Positions 31,892 to 40,777 of a stretch of 64,000 nucleotides of DNA are shown here, in pieces. The number at the start of each line of letters is the position of its first letter. The stretch's first letter is position 1. The DNA lies in NCBI GenBank assembly GCA_963674755.2, contig CAXXVS010000001.1:1239777-1303776 (forward strand), given 5' to 3'. The DNA comes from Desulfobacterales bacterium. Lineage in GTDB: Bacteria > Desulfobacterota > Desulfobacteria > Desulfobacterales > UBA5852. The notes under the pieces are model-generated. The model did no database searches, had not been told where the DNA came from, and saw only the letters and a program-made list of their open reading frames with translations. Position numbers and translations under genes: made by a program.

Positions 31892-33271
31892 ATGGCTTTT
31901 CGAACGGTTGGCAAGCGTAAACCTAAATATGAAGGCCTGGCTCACGTTACCGGCGAGACGCATTTTGTTGATGATATGTTCGTACCCCGGACTTTGACGG
32001 TCAAAGCCTTCCGAAGCCCGGTGCACAAGGGCCGCATTCTCAAACTCGACACATCCAAAGCCGAGCAGATGGATGGCGTGGCCGGGGTGATCACCTATAA
32101 GGATGTTCCCGCCAATGCCTATGGCTTCGGGGCTGATCAGCCGGTTCTGGTTCAAACGGATATCCGCTATAAAGGCGAGCCCATCGCCGCCGTAGCCGCG
32201 GAAGACGAGGCAACGGCCTATAAGGCTTTGGATGCGATCATCATTGATATCGAAGAGCAGGAACCGGTCTTCGATCTTTTAAAGGCAATGGCGCCGGATG
32301 CGCCCAAAGTAATCCCTGAAGGCAATGCCATGATGTTCGATGGCCAGCCTTACAACCTGGCCGAAATGGGCGATATCGAGGCCGGATTCAAAGAAGCCGA
32401 CCATATTATCGAAGAAACGTATTTCTTCCCCGAACAGGAGCATACGGCCCTGGAGCCCCAGGTGAGCCTTGCCGTGCCTGAGACTGCCGGTCGCATTACG
32501 GTTTATTCCGTCTGCCAGGACCGCAGTATGCTTCTCGGCATGTTGGCCGGTATTCTGCAACTCGGAAGCGCGGATGCCCTGAAATGCGAGTGCGCCTCCG
32601 AGTGGGCCGGCCGGACCCGCAGCGCCTGGCGCCAGCATGCCGGCTTGAACCGTCTGAAAATGCAAGCCGGTCCGGTGGGAGGTGGCTTCGGCGGCAAAAA
32701 TGAGTTCCATGCCGACCCCATCACGGCCATCCTGGCTTTGAAAACCGGCCGCCCCTGCAAGTGGCGCTGGACCCGGGAAGAAGAAATTCTATACTCCACC
32801 CACCGCGAAGCCGTGCACATCACCTATAGGGACGGTGTAACAAACGACGGCCGCCTGGTGGCACGCCATATCAAGACCATCCGTGACAGCGGCGCCTATG
32901 TCGGTTTTAACGGGTATGCCACCGGCAAGACCAACTATTTTGCCAATGGTCCCTATTATGTGCCGAATCTGCGCGTCGAGAGTGCGGCTGTATTTACCAA
33001 CAAAGCGGTTTCCAGCACCATGCGCGGGTTTGCCGTGGCCCCGGTAACTTATGCGGTGGAGGTCCAGATGAACAAGGTTGCCAAGACCATCGGCATGGAT
33101 CCCCTGGAATTCCGTTTTAAAAATGCCATGCGCAGGGGCGACAAGCTCGTCAATCAGCAGGTGATGAAGGACACATCGATTATCGAAGTGATGCAGACCT
33201 TGGCAGAAAAAGCAGGTGTCCAGTTGCCGGATCACCTTTGCCAGATGACATCCAATGATCGGAGGGCATAA
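31892..33271 (+). CDS. Molybdenum hydroxylase large Moco subunit (N-terminal half)
   Basis: Hammerhead domain, QEHTALEP, VGGGFGGK, MRGF. Confidence 0.9.
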   Translation: MAFRTVGKRKPKYEGLAHVTGETHFVDDMFVPRTLTVKAFRSPVHKGRILKLDTSKAEQMDGVAGVITYKDVPANAYGFGADQPVLVQTDIRYKGEPIAAVAAEDEATAYKALDAIIIDIEEQEPVFDLLKAMAPDAPKVIPEGNAMMFDGQPYNLAEMGDIEAGFKEADHIIEETYFFPEQEHTALEPQVSLAVPETAGRITVYSVCQDRSMLLGMLAGILQLGSADALKCECASEWAGRTRSAWRQHAGLNRLKMQAGPVGGGFGGKNEFHADPITAILALKTGRPCKWRWTREEEILYSTHREAVHITYRDGVTNDGRLVARHIKTIRDSGAYVGFNGYATGKTNYFANGPYYVPNLRVESAAVFTNKAVSSTMRGFAVAPVTYAVEVQMNKVAKTIGMDPLEFRFKNAMRRGDKLVNQQVMKDTSIIEVMQTLAEKAGVQLPDHLCQMTSNDRRA

Positions 33272-33273
33272 GC

Positions 33274-34251
33274 ATGAAAAAGAAAGGTAAAGGCTTTGCA
33301 GCGGCGTTTTATCCCATTGGATTATCCGGCGGCGGAGACCCCAGCCAGGCGATGATACAAATGCAGGCGGATGGGACCGCCATCCTAACCCTTGGGTCCG
33401 TTGAAATCGGCCAGGGGTCCAATACGATCCTGGCCCAGATCGCCGCCGAAGAGTTGGGCTTGAATTACGAACAGATCAATGTGGTCAGCGCGGACAAGTC
33501 CAATACCCTGTTTTGCATGGGCACATTTGCCAGCCGCGTGACGTATATCGCCGGCAATGCCGTGATTGAGGCGGCCGAGGAAGTCAAACAGATTCTATTT
33601 CGTTTAGCGGCCGAAGAATTAGAGGCATCGCCTGAAGCGCTGGAGGCGGCCGATGGCATGATCCGCGTTAAAGAAGATCCCCAACGGTGCAAGCCGATCG
33701 CCGATATTACCGGTGCGTCCGGCGGGGGAACCTTGATCGTGGGCCGCGGTGCCTACATGAAAGTCGGGGCCGAGGGTGACCCCTTTTGTTGCTATACGGC
33801 CTCCTATGCAGGGGCCTACGCCGAGGTAGAGGTGGATACCGAAACCGGTGTGGTCGATGTAACCAAACTCATCTGCGTCAATGATGTGGGCAAGGCGATC
33901 AATCCTGCTTTGGCGGAAGGCCAGATCGAAGGCGGAGCGGGAATGGGGCTTGGTTCGGCGCTCATGGAAAACCGGAATCCGGGTTACCCGAATATCGACT
34001 ATGTCCCGACATCGTTGGCTGAATATATGATTCCCACTACCGTGGATATGCCCGAGCTGGAAATAGAGCAGATTGAGATCGCTTCGGACGGAGGCCCCTA
34101 CGGCGCCAGGGCCATTGGTGAAATGGCCTCCAATTGCCAGGCCCCGGCGATTATCAATGCGATTGACGATGCGGTCGGCGTGTTGATAACCGCGCTGCCG
34201 GCCACCCCGGAAAATGTGTTGCGGGCGCTTGTAGAAAAAAATCCTGAATGA
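33274..34251 (+). CDS. Molybdenum hydroxylase medium Moco subunit (C-terminal half)
   Basis: EIGQG, ASRVT, EVDTETG, GQIEGG, GARAIGE with catalytic Glu. Confidence 0.9.
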   Translation: MKKKGKGFAAAFYPIGLSGGGDPSQAMIQMQADGTAILTLGSVEIGQGSNTILAQIAAEELGLNYEQINVVSADKSNTLFCMGTFASRVTYIAGNAVIEAAEEVKQILFRLAAEELEASPEALEAADGMIRVKEDPQRCKPIADITGASGGGTLIVGRGAYMKVGAEGDPFCCYTASYAGAYAEVEVDTETGVVDVTKLICVNDVGKAINPALAEGQIEGGAGMGLGSALMENRNPGYPNIDYVPTSLAEYMIPTTVDMPELEIEQIEIASDGGPYGARAIGEMASNCQAPAIINAIDDAVGVLITALPATPENVLRALVEKNPE

Positions 34252-34349
34252 TGGCGCATTCCGGGAAAGCTTGGCGGTCAGGGGTGGTGCCATTGGCTGC
34301 CAGGCTTTCCCAAAATACTTTAGGCTGAAGGTGCAACAGGGCACGCGCA

Positions 34350-35366
34350 ATGAGGAAAATACCGGTTGAAGAGGCTGTCGGTGCCGTTTTGCCGCATGAT
34401 ATGACCAAAATCGTGCCCGGCGAATTCAAGGGCGTCGGATTTAAAAAAGGCCACATTATCCGTGAAGAAGACATAGGTGAGCTGAAAAAAATAGGGAAAA
34501 ATTTCATCTATGTGTTGGAATTACCGGAAGGCCAGCTGCACGAGGACGATGCCGCCCTGCGAATTGCGCAAGCCATATCCGGGGAAAATATCGAATGGAC
34601 TTCTCCGAAAGAAGGAAAATCGACCCTCCTCAGCAAACTAGACGGACTGCTGACAATTGAAACCGACCGTTTGCTGGATATCAACCGCTTGGAACATATT
34701 GCCGTCTCAACCATTCGGACGATGACGCCGGTCCGGGCGGGCCAGGTCGTAGCGGCAACGCGCGTCATTCCCCTTACCATCGCTGAATCCGGAATCCGGC
34801 AGGTCGAGCAGATCGCGCAGCGGTCTCCGGTTTTGCGGGTCAGACCCTATCGAAAGCTGAAGGTGGGCGCGGTGGTCACCGGCACCGAGGTCTATCAGGG
34901 GCTGATCAAGGACGGATTCGACGAATTCGTCGGCGCCAAGGTAGAGATGTATGGCTGTGATTTGACGAAGAAGATCATTGTCCCGGACGACGCCGACGCC
35001 ATTGCGGATGCCATAAGCCAACTGCTGAAATCCGGTTGCGAGCTGGTTCTCACCACCGGCGGCCTTTCCGTGGATCCGGACGATGTCACGCCCAGCGGCA
35101 TCAGACAAGCGGGTGCCAACGTTATCAACTACGGCAGCCCCGTTTTTCCCGGCGCCATGGTGCTGTACGCCGAACACGGCGATGTTCCGATTTTGGGCCT
35201 GCCGGCATGCGTCTATTATGCCAGGACAACCATCCTCGATATTCTCCTCCCGCGGATCCTTGCCGGTGAGGGGATTGTCCCGGATACATTCGCTCAGATG
35301 GGACACGGCGGACTGTGCCGGGAGTGTGAAACCTGCCATTTCCCCAACTGCGGGTTCGGCAGTTGA
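34350..35366 (+). CDS. Molybdopterin-binding (MoeA/MogA-like) protein with C-terminal Cys cluster
   Basis: HDMTKI, TGGLSVDPDDVT, GLPAC, CRECETCHFPNC. Confidence 0.85.
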   Translation: MRKIPVEEAVGAVLPHDMTKIVPGEFKGVGFKKGHIIREEDIGELKKIGKNFIYVLELPEGQLHEDDAALRIAQAISGENIEWTSPKEGKSTLLSKLDGLLTIETDRLLDINRLEHIAVSTIRTMTPVRAGQVVAATRVIPLTIAESGIRQVEQIAQRSPVLRVRPYRKLKVGAVVTGTEVYQGLIKDGFDEFVGAKVEMYGCDLTKKIIVPDDADAIADAISQLLKSGCELVLTTGGLSVDPDDVTPSGIRQAGANVINYGSPVFPGAMVLYAEHGDVPILGLPACVYYARTTILDILLPRILAGEGIVPDTFAQMGHGGLCRECETCHFPNCGFGS

Positions 35367-35378
35367 GCATCAGGAGTT

Positions 35379-36413
35379 TTGATGATGGACCTTTCGACAA
35401 CCGACAGGGATGTGAACCAGATTGTCAAGGCAAGGCAATGGGTTGAAAAAGGCCGTCGGGTGGCGCTGGCCACGGTCATCACCACCTGGGGCTCGTCTCC
35501 GCGGCCTGTCGGCAGTCAGCTGGTGGTAAGCGACAGCGAAGATTTTTCCGGTTCGGTATCCGGCGGATGTATTGAATCCACAATTCTGACCGAAGCCCAA
35601 TTCGCTATCCGGGACAATCGTCCCCAACGGCTGTCCATCGGCGTCGACGCGATGCAGGCCTGGGACTACGGACTTGGATGCGGCGGGCGTATCGATGTCT
35701 ACCTGGATCCGGTCACCTCCTGGCAGCCCCTTCTGGCCACACTTGCCGATCTGGCGGAGCGGCAGCAAGCTTTTTGCCTGATCACCGACCTGGACGATGG
35801 TTCCAAGGCGCTTTACTGCCCTGGCCGGCCGGATGTTTCGTTCGGACTGGACGACGACCTCCGATCGGCTGCCGCGGACGCCATCGAATCCAGCTATAGT
35901 CATCTGGAAAAAAGCGCTGACGGTGAGTTCTTTTTGCATGTCTTTTCTCCGCCCCCCCAAATGATCGTCGGCGGTGCCGTTCACATCGCTCAACAGCTGG
36001 TTGCCATGGCCCAGTTGATGGGCTACCAGTGTACCATTGTTGATCCGCGAACCGCTTTCGCCACCGCACAACGCTTCCCGGGAGTCGACCTGATGGTCGA
36101 ACATCCCCAAACGGCTTTGAAAAAAATTCAATGGCAGCCCGGCGCCGCTGTGGTGGCGCTCAGCCATTCGCCTCAATTGGACGACCCCTTGCTGATCCAT
36201 GCGATCCGAGCGGATGCCGGCTACATAGGCGCCTTGGGGAGCAAAAAGACACACGCGGCTAGAATCGCCCGCCTTCAGAAAGCAGGGCTTACGAACGGTC
36301 AACTGGACAGGATCCACGGACCGGTCGGGCTTGATATCGGAAGCCGTACACCGGCTGAAATCGCTCTGTCGATTCTGGCGGAAATCACCCACAGCAAACG
36401 AAAGCGTGAATAG
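35379..36413 (+). CDS. xdhC: XdhC/CoxI family Moco maturation chaperone
   Basis: GSSPRPVG, GSVSGGCIE, GLGCGG, YIGALGS, GPVGLDIG..TPAEIA. Confidence 0.92.
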   Translation: MMMDLSTTDRDVNQIVKARQWVEKGRRVALATVITTWGSSPRPVGSQLVVSDSEDFSGSVSGGCIESTILTEAQFAIRDNRPQRLSIGVDAMQAWDYGLGCGGRIDVYLDPVTSWQPLLATLADLAERQQAFCLITDLDDGSKALYCPGRPDVSFGLDDDLRSAAADAIESSYSHLEKSADGEFFLHVFSPPPQMIVGGAVHIAQQLVAMAQLMGYQCTIVDPRTAFATAQRFPGVDLMVEHPQTALKKIQWQPGAAVVALSHSPQLDDPLLIHAIRADAGYIGALGSKKTHAARIARLQKAGLTNGQLDRIHGPVGLDIGSRTPAEIALSILAEITHSKRKRE

Positions 36414-36426
36414 CGAGGCCTATGAG

Positions 36427-37035
36427 ATGCGAGAGGCTGGCAAAGGGGTTGTCTATGGTGTCATCCTGGCCGCCGGCCTATCCCGGCGTTTTGGGGTCGA
36501 TAAACTGTTGCACCCGCTTTGCGGCAAGCCGGTATTTTCATGGATCTTGGAGGCTGTGTGCGATTCCGCATTGGCTGGGGCTGTTGTCGTATGCCGGCCG
36601 GAGTTGGTCCCCCATTTGCCGTCAGATTCGAAAATCCGATCGGTCATCAACCCCACACCTGAGGCCGGGCAATCGGAATCCATGCATTTGGGGCTCGCCG
36701 CATTGCCTGAACAAACGACTCACGTCCTGTTTCTCCTGGCGGACCAGCCCCTGATCACCACGGCCCTGATCGACGAATGTGTCGATTTGGCGGAGCATGG
36801 CAGCACGTTGGCTTGTTTCAGCAGCAATGATTATCTCGGACCGCCGGCGCTATTCGGCCAAAAATGGTTTGAATGCTTGCGCGATCTCCCCGGCGATAGC
36901 GGCGCCAAAAAAATATTATTGAAGGAGCGGAGTGCGTTGCAGCTGGTCAGGGCCCAGTTCCAAGGGCAGGAACAGGATATCGATTATAAGGAAAACCTTA
37001 AATCCCTTGAGTCGTTGATGCAAAAGCACCGATAG
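36427..37035 (+). CDS. Molybdenum cofactor cytidylyltransferase (MocA-like)
   Basis: ILAAGLSRRFG, LADQP, GDSGAK, DID. Confidence 0.85.
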   Translation: MREAGKGVVYGVILAAGLSRRFGVDKLLHPLCGKPVFSWILEAVCDSALAGAVVVCRPELVPHLPSDSKIRSVINPTPEAGQSESMHLGLAALPEQTTHVLFLLADQPLITTALIDECVDLAEHGSTLACFSSNDYLGPPALFGQKWFECLRDLPGDSGAKKILLKERSALQLVRAQFQGQEQDIDYKENLKSLESLMQKHR

Positions 37036-37401
37036 GGTCTTTTCAAACGCCGCCCAGGGGATGCGCTTGGCCATCTTCCCCCAACGATTGTTACGGCGTG
37101 AGTCGGCCACCCCAGGGCAGGTCAAAATCTTCAAATCCCATTTGCCGTTTTTTCCCTGAGAAATCTGTTTATTCCAATTTACAAACAGGAATAATGATTA
37201 TTATATTACAATTTATGGGTTGATGGCCCTGAAGTTGCCTGCGGGCCGAACCTGAAGCGTGGCAGGGGATACCGCCCTTGCTGCTCAATTCACCCGTTTG
37301 CGCGACGTCAGTGTGGAACTGCGTGGTTTGCACGGTCACCTGCCGCTTCCCGTAAGGGAAGCAATTGAACCATAGATGCTTTTATCCAAGAGGAGGGTAA
37401 T

Positions 37402-37839
37402 ATGGGCACGACGACCAATAGGTTTTTTCGCACGGCTGCTGTTTTTGGCGTTTTATGCATCTTATGCGCCTGCGCGACGACAACGGATACCACCGAGTCA
37501 TCGTCCAATACCTTTCACAACACCACCAACGCCACCAGCAAATTTACCTCCAGTACCAGTCCGGGAGGAGGCTCATCCGACTCAGCCCAAAACGAACAGG
37601 CCCTGGCTTTTTCACGGGTGAACCTCGAACGCCTCAAAACCGATATGGCGCTTGGGGGCGGCGAGCACCTCACGTCGCTGGCCACCCTGCTGAATGTCCC
37701 GGCCCACAATCAGCCGGAATTTTTTGCCCTGACAAAAGCGAATTTCAATACGCTGTTCGTTTCGGAAAACACCACCGCCGAGGAATTGTTGGCAGGGCTC
37801 GACAACGAGCTGGACGCCAATCCCGGGCTGCTCAAATAG
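37402..37839 (+). CDS. DUF3015-family lipoprotein
   Basis: Lipobox LCAC, DMALGGGEHLTSLATLL; GGAGG RBS. Confidence 0.75.
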   Translation: MGTTTNRFFRTAAVFGVLCILCACATTTDTTESSSNTFHNTTNATSKFTSSTSPGGGSSDSAQNEQALAFSRVNLERLKTDMALGGGEHLTSLATLLNVPAHNQPEFFALTKANFNTLFVSENTTAEELLAGLDNELDANPGLLK

Positions 37840-37920
37840 CCGTTGCGGTATAAACGAAGGCGTCGTTTGCGAACAAGGCCGGCAGGATTCCCGATCTCCC
37901 GCAAGGTGCTTGTATGCGTC

Positions 37921-39834
37921 ATGGGTGTATCGTTAAGCATGATGCGGCCTTGTGCGCACCTGTCGTGCGCGGTGGCGGCGACCGCCGGTAGCGAAGCATA
38001 CCTGATTCAGCTTCAGGAGACGGCCCAAGCCAAAAAGCTCTGGGCGCATCGCCAATGGCAGGTATTGCTGCACTACCGGCCACGCCTTGCGGGAGAGGGC
38101 GTGGAAAGCCAGGTCGACGACCCCGCGTTTTTCCTGAGCCCTTCCGGCAAATTCGATCCCCAGGCCGAACTGTACGCTACGCTGGCCAGCTTTCTGGCGC
38201 CTCCTGATCAGGAGGAGGGGACCGAACACCCCCAGTGCCAATTCATTGCGCGCTACCAATGGCTGAAGCAGGAACTCGGCTTCGATGCCGAAGTCCTTCC
38301 GGAATACGCCTGCCCCCAATTTGACGACTGGCTGGCCGAGATGGACCCGGATGCGGTGACACTTGTCTTCCCGGTCGCCTATCTCAACAATCCGGCTTCC
38401 ATGTTCGGACACACGCTTCTGCGTATCGACTCGAATCAACGGAGCACCCCAACCCGCCTGCTCGACTTCACCATCAACTATGCCGCCGACACCCAGGAAG
38501 AGCCCGGGCTGTCATATGCCATGAAAGGATTGTTCGGGGGCTATGAAGGCAGCTTTTCCGTAGCGCCGTATTATGCCCAGGTGAAACGGTATGGGGATAT
38601 CGAAAATAGAGATATCTGGGAATACCGCCTTGCCCTGTCCCATGCAGAAGTGCTTCGCCTGTTGCGGCACACCTGGGAATTGCGGACGGCAAGCCTGGAC
38701 TACTATTTCCTGGACGAAAATTGTTCCTATCAATTGCTTTCCCTGTTGGAAGCCGCGCGTCCGTCCATGCACCTGCTGGATCAGTTTGACTTTTGGGCGA
38801 TTCCGGCCGATACGGTGCGGGCCGTCGCCCATGAAGAGGATCTGATCGCATCCGCAACCTTCCGTCCTTCCCGCCGAACGGTGCTTCAGGAAAGAGCAAA
38901 CCAGCTTGAACCCGCCTTGCAGGAGATCGCCCAATGCATCGGAGACGACCGCTGCCCGGTCGATTCGGTTGCCCAAAGGGGGCTGTCGCCCCTGGACCAG
39001 GCCAGGATTCTGGAGTTGGCAATGGATTATGTGGGGTATCGTTATGCCGCGCAAAAGGAAGATACGGCCGAAAACGATCCCCGCTTGACGGCCATTCTGC
39101 GCTATCGGAGCCGACTGGATATCCCCCCGCAGACGCCGGAAACGGAACCACCGCCCGAGAGGCCGGATCAGGGGCATCCCAGCGTACGTGCGGAAATCAG
39201 CTACGGCTACGAAAATGACCAGTCATTTTTACAGCTCAGTCTAAGGCCTGCGCTGCACGATTTGCTCGATCCGCCCGGCGGCTATATCGATGGCGCCGCG
39301 CTTGACTTCCTGGATATCGCGGGGCGTTACTATGTAAACGACGACAACCTGGTCCTGGAATACCTGGACTTCGTGGATATCGTGTCCGTACCGGCCCGGG
39401 ACCGCTTTATCAAACCATGGTCGTGGAAAGCCAATGTAGGCCTGAAGCGCATGCAGTTCGATGACGACGACCGACCGCTTACCGGTAACATCAATGTCGG
39501 CGCCGGGTTGAGCTATGAATTGGGGCCGGACGTCCGGTTAAGCCTGTTGGCCGAAGCCATGGCGGTGGTCAGTGACCGCTTTGACGGCTATCTGGCATTG
39601 GGTGCCGGTCCCAGCGGCGGGGTCATTGTTGCGCTGACCGACAGATGGCGTGTGGCGCTTTATGCGCGCGGGCTGGCCTTTGCCTTGGGCGACACATGTT
39701 TTTCGTATGACATGGCTCTCGATCAGGCCATCGACCTGACGCCGCGCACGGGTCTGCGGATTCGTCTGTCGCGCCAGCAAGAGTTTGGCAGCCCCTATAA
39801 TTCGGTATCCGCCGGGTATGTCATTTATTTCTAG
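37921..39834 (+). CDS. DUF4105/Lnb-like protein with C-terminal beta-barrel; start uncertain
   Basis: SMFGHTLLR, ENRDIWEY, YYFLDENCSY, terminal Phe. Confidence 0.8.
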   Translation: MGVSLSMMRPCAHLSCAVAATAGSEAYLIQLQETAQAKKLWAHRQWQVLLHYRPRLAGEGVESQVDDPAFFLSPSGKFDPQAELYATLASFLAPPDQEEGTEHPQCQFIARYQWLKQELGFDAEVLPEYACPQFDDWLAEMDPDAVTLVFPVAYLNNPASMFGHTLLRIDSNQRSTPTRLLDFTINYAADTQEEPGLSYAMKGLFGGYEGSFSVAPYYAQVKRYGDIENRDIWEYRLALSHAEVLRLLRHTWELRTASLDYYFLDENCSYQLLSLLEAARPSMHLLDQFDFWAIPADTVRAVAHEEDLIASATFRPSRRTVLQERANQLEPALQEIAQCIGDDRCPVDSVAQRGLSPLDQARILELAMDYVGYRYAAQKEDTAENDPRLTAILRYRSRLDIPPQTPETEPPPERPDQGHPSVRAEISYGYENDQSFLQLSLRPALHDLLDPPGGYIDGAALDFLDIAGRYYVNDDNLVLEYLDFVDIVSVPARDRFIKPWSWKANVGLKRMQFDDDDRPLTGNINVGAGLSYELGPDVRLSLLAEAMAVVSDRFDGYLALGAGPSGGVIVALTDRWRVALYARGLAFALGDTCFSYDMALDQAIDLTPRTGLRIRLSRQQEFGSPYNSVSAGYVIYF

Positions 39835-39937
39835 TGTCCGTCCAGCGTCGGGATTCCTGCTTAAAACCGGTTCGGTCACGTCCGTCTCTCAATTGGCAGC
39901 GCCCATCGGAAGGGGTACTCGGCAGCGGCCAGGGCAC

Positions 39938-40096
39938 GAGGAACTTTTGGGTCTGTCCGCAGAACGATTCCACCGTCCGGGCCGCTTGCGCATTTCGGGC
40001 CTCCTCATCCAGCAGGTTTTTCCCCGCGCCATCTTTGACCCGCAAAACGCCGCTGCCCGCGACGTTTCCCATGAAGAGCGCCTTTTCATCCCTCAT
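39938..40096 (-). pseudogene. Possible acetate kinase relic
   Basis: ATG overlaps the upstream stop; KNLLDEEARNAQAARTVESFCGQTQKFL resembles the AckA DMR..A..AVELFCYQ..K segment; operon context with xfp. Confidence 0.4.
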
Positions 40097-40731
40097 GTGC
40101 CTGGCCGCAGGCGCAGACTTTCCCCCAGATGCGAGCGGTCCCCCAGTGCTTTGAGCAACGGTCCCTGTTCCGTCATTTCCACGATGCTCAAGGAGGCCAC
40201 CGGCATGCTGATCCGGTCGCGATAGCGGCCCACATCGATGCCCAGCAGGGAACACAGCATGATCCGCGTCGTGGCTTTGTGGGATACCACCAGAACATTC
40301 CCCGAGGGGTGCCGGCGTTCAATCTCCTCGATTACCCCTGAGCTGCGGCGGGCCACGTCCACGCCCCGTTCTCCCCCTGTGGGCGCATTCCAACCGGCGT
40401 CCGCCATCCAGCGCACATATTCATCATGGAAGCGGCGGTTGACCTCCCCGGGCGTCTTCCCTTCCCACTGGCCGTAGGCGATTTCCTTCAGGCCGTCGCG
40501 CAGTTGCATTTCGAGGCCCGCCGCATCGCACAAAGGCCGGGCGGTGTCCCGGCTGCGACGCAGGGGACTGCAAAAGACGGCCGCCCAGGGCAGCGATTGA
40601 TAGGCGGCGCCAAATTCTTCCGCCATCCGGTGGCCTTCCGGGGTCAGGTCCACATCCGAATCCCCGCAATAGCCACCGGTACGGCTGGCCTGGGTTTCGC
40701 CGTGTCTTAGAAAATACAAGGTCAGGCCCAT
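40093..40731 (-). CDS. Histidine phosphatase family protein
   Basis: LRHGET, SPLRR, EIAYGQWEG, VSHK; AGGAG RBS. Confidence 0.9.
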   Translation of the reverse strand: MGLTLYFLRHGETQASRTGGYCGDSDVDLTPEGHRMAEEFGAAYQSLPWAAVFCSPLRRSRDTARPLCDAAGLEMQLRDGLKEIAYGQWEGKTPGEVNRRFHDEYVRWMADAGWNAPTGGERGVDVARRSSGVIEEIERRHPSGNVLVVSHKATTRIMLCSLLGIDVGRYRDRISMPVASLSIVEMTEQGPLLKALGDRSHLGESLRLRPGT

Positions 40732-40777
40732 AGCCCGGAGTTCTCCTTTCCGTTTTTCACGGACGATCGCTTGCGCC

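Noticed and set aside
30539..37035. Selenium-dependent or CO dehydrogenase assignment
   Set aside because: No YqeB/YqeC-like genes in the cluster and no AYxCSFR CoxL motif; substrate left unassigned.
37210..37380. Possible riboswitch before the DUF3015 gene
   Set aside because: Only a small hairpin (GCTTCCC-GTAA-GGGAAGC); I cannot match a known aptamer consensus.
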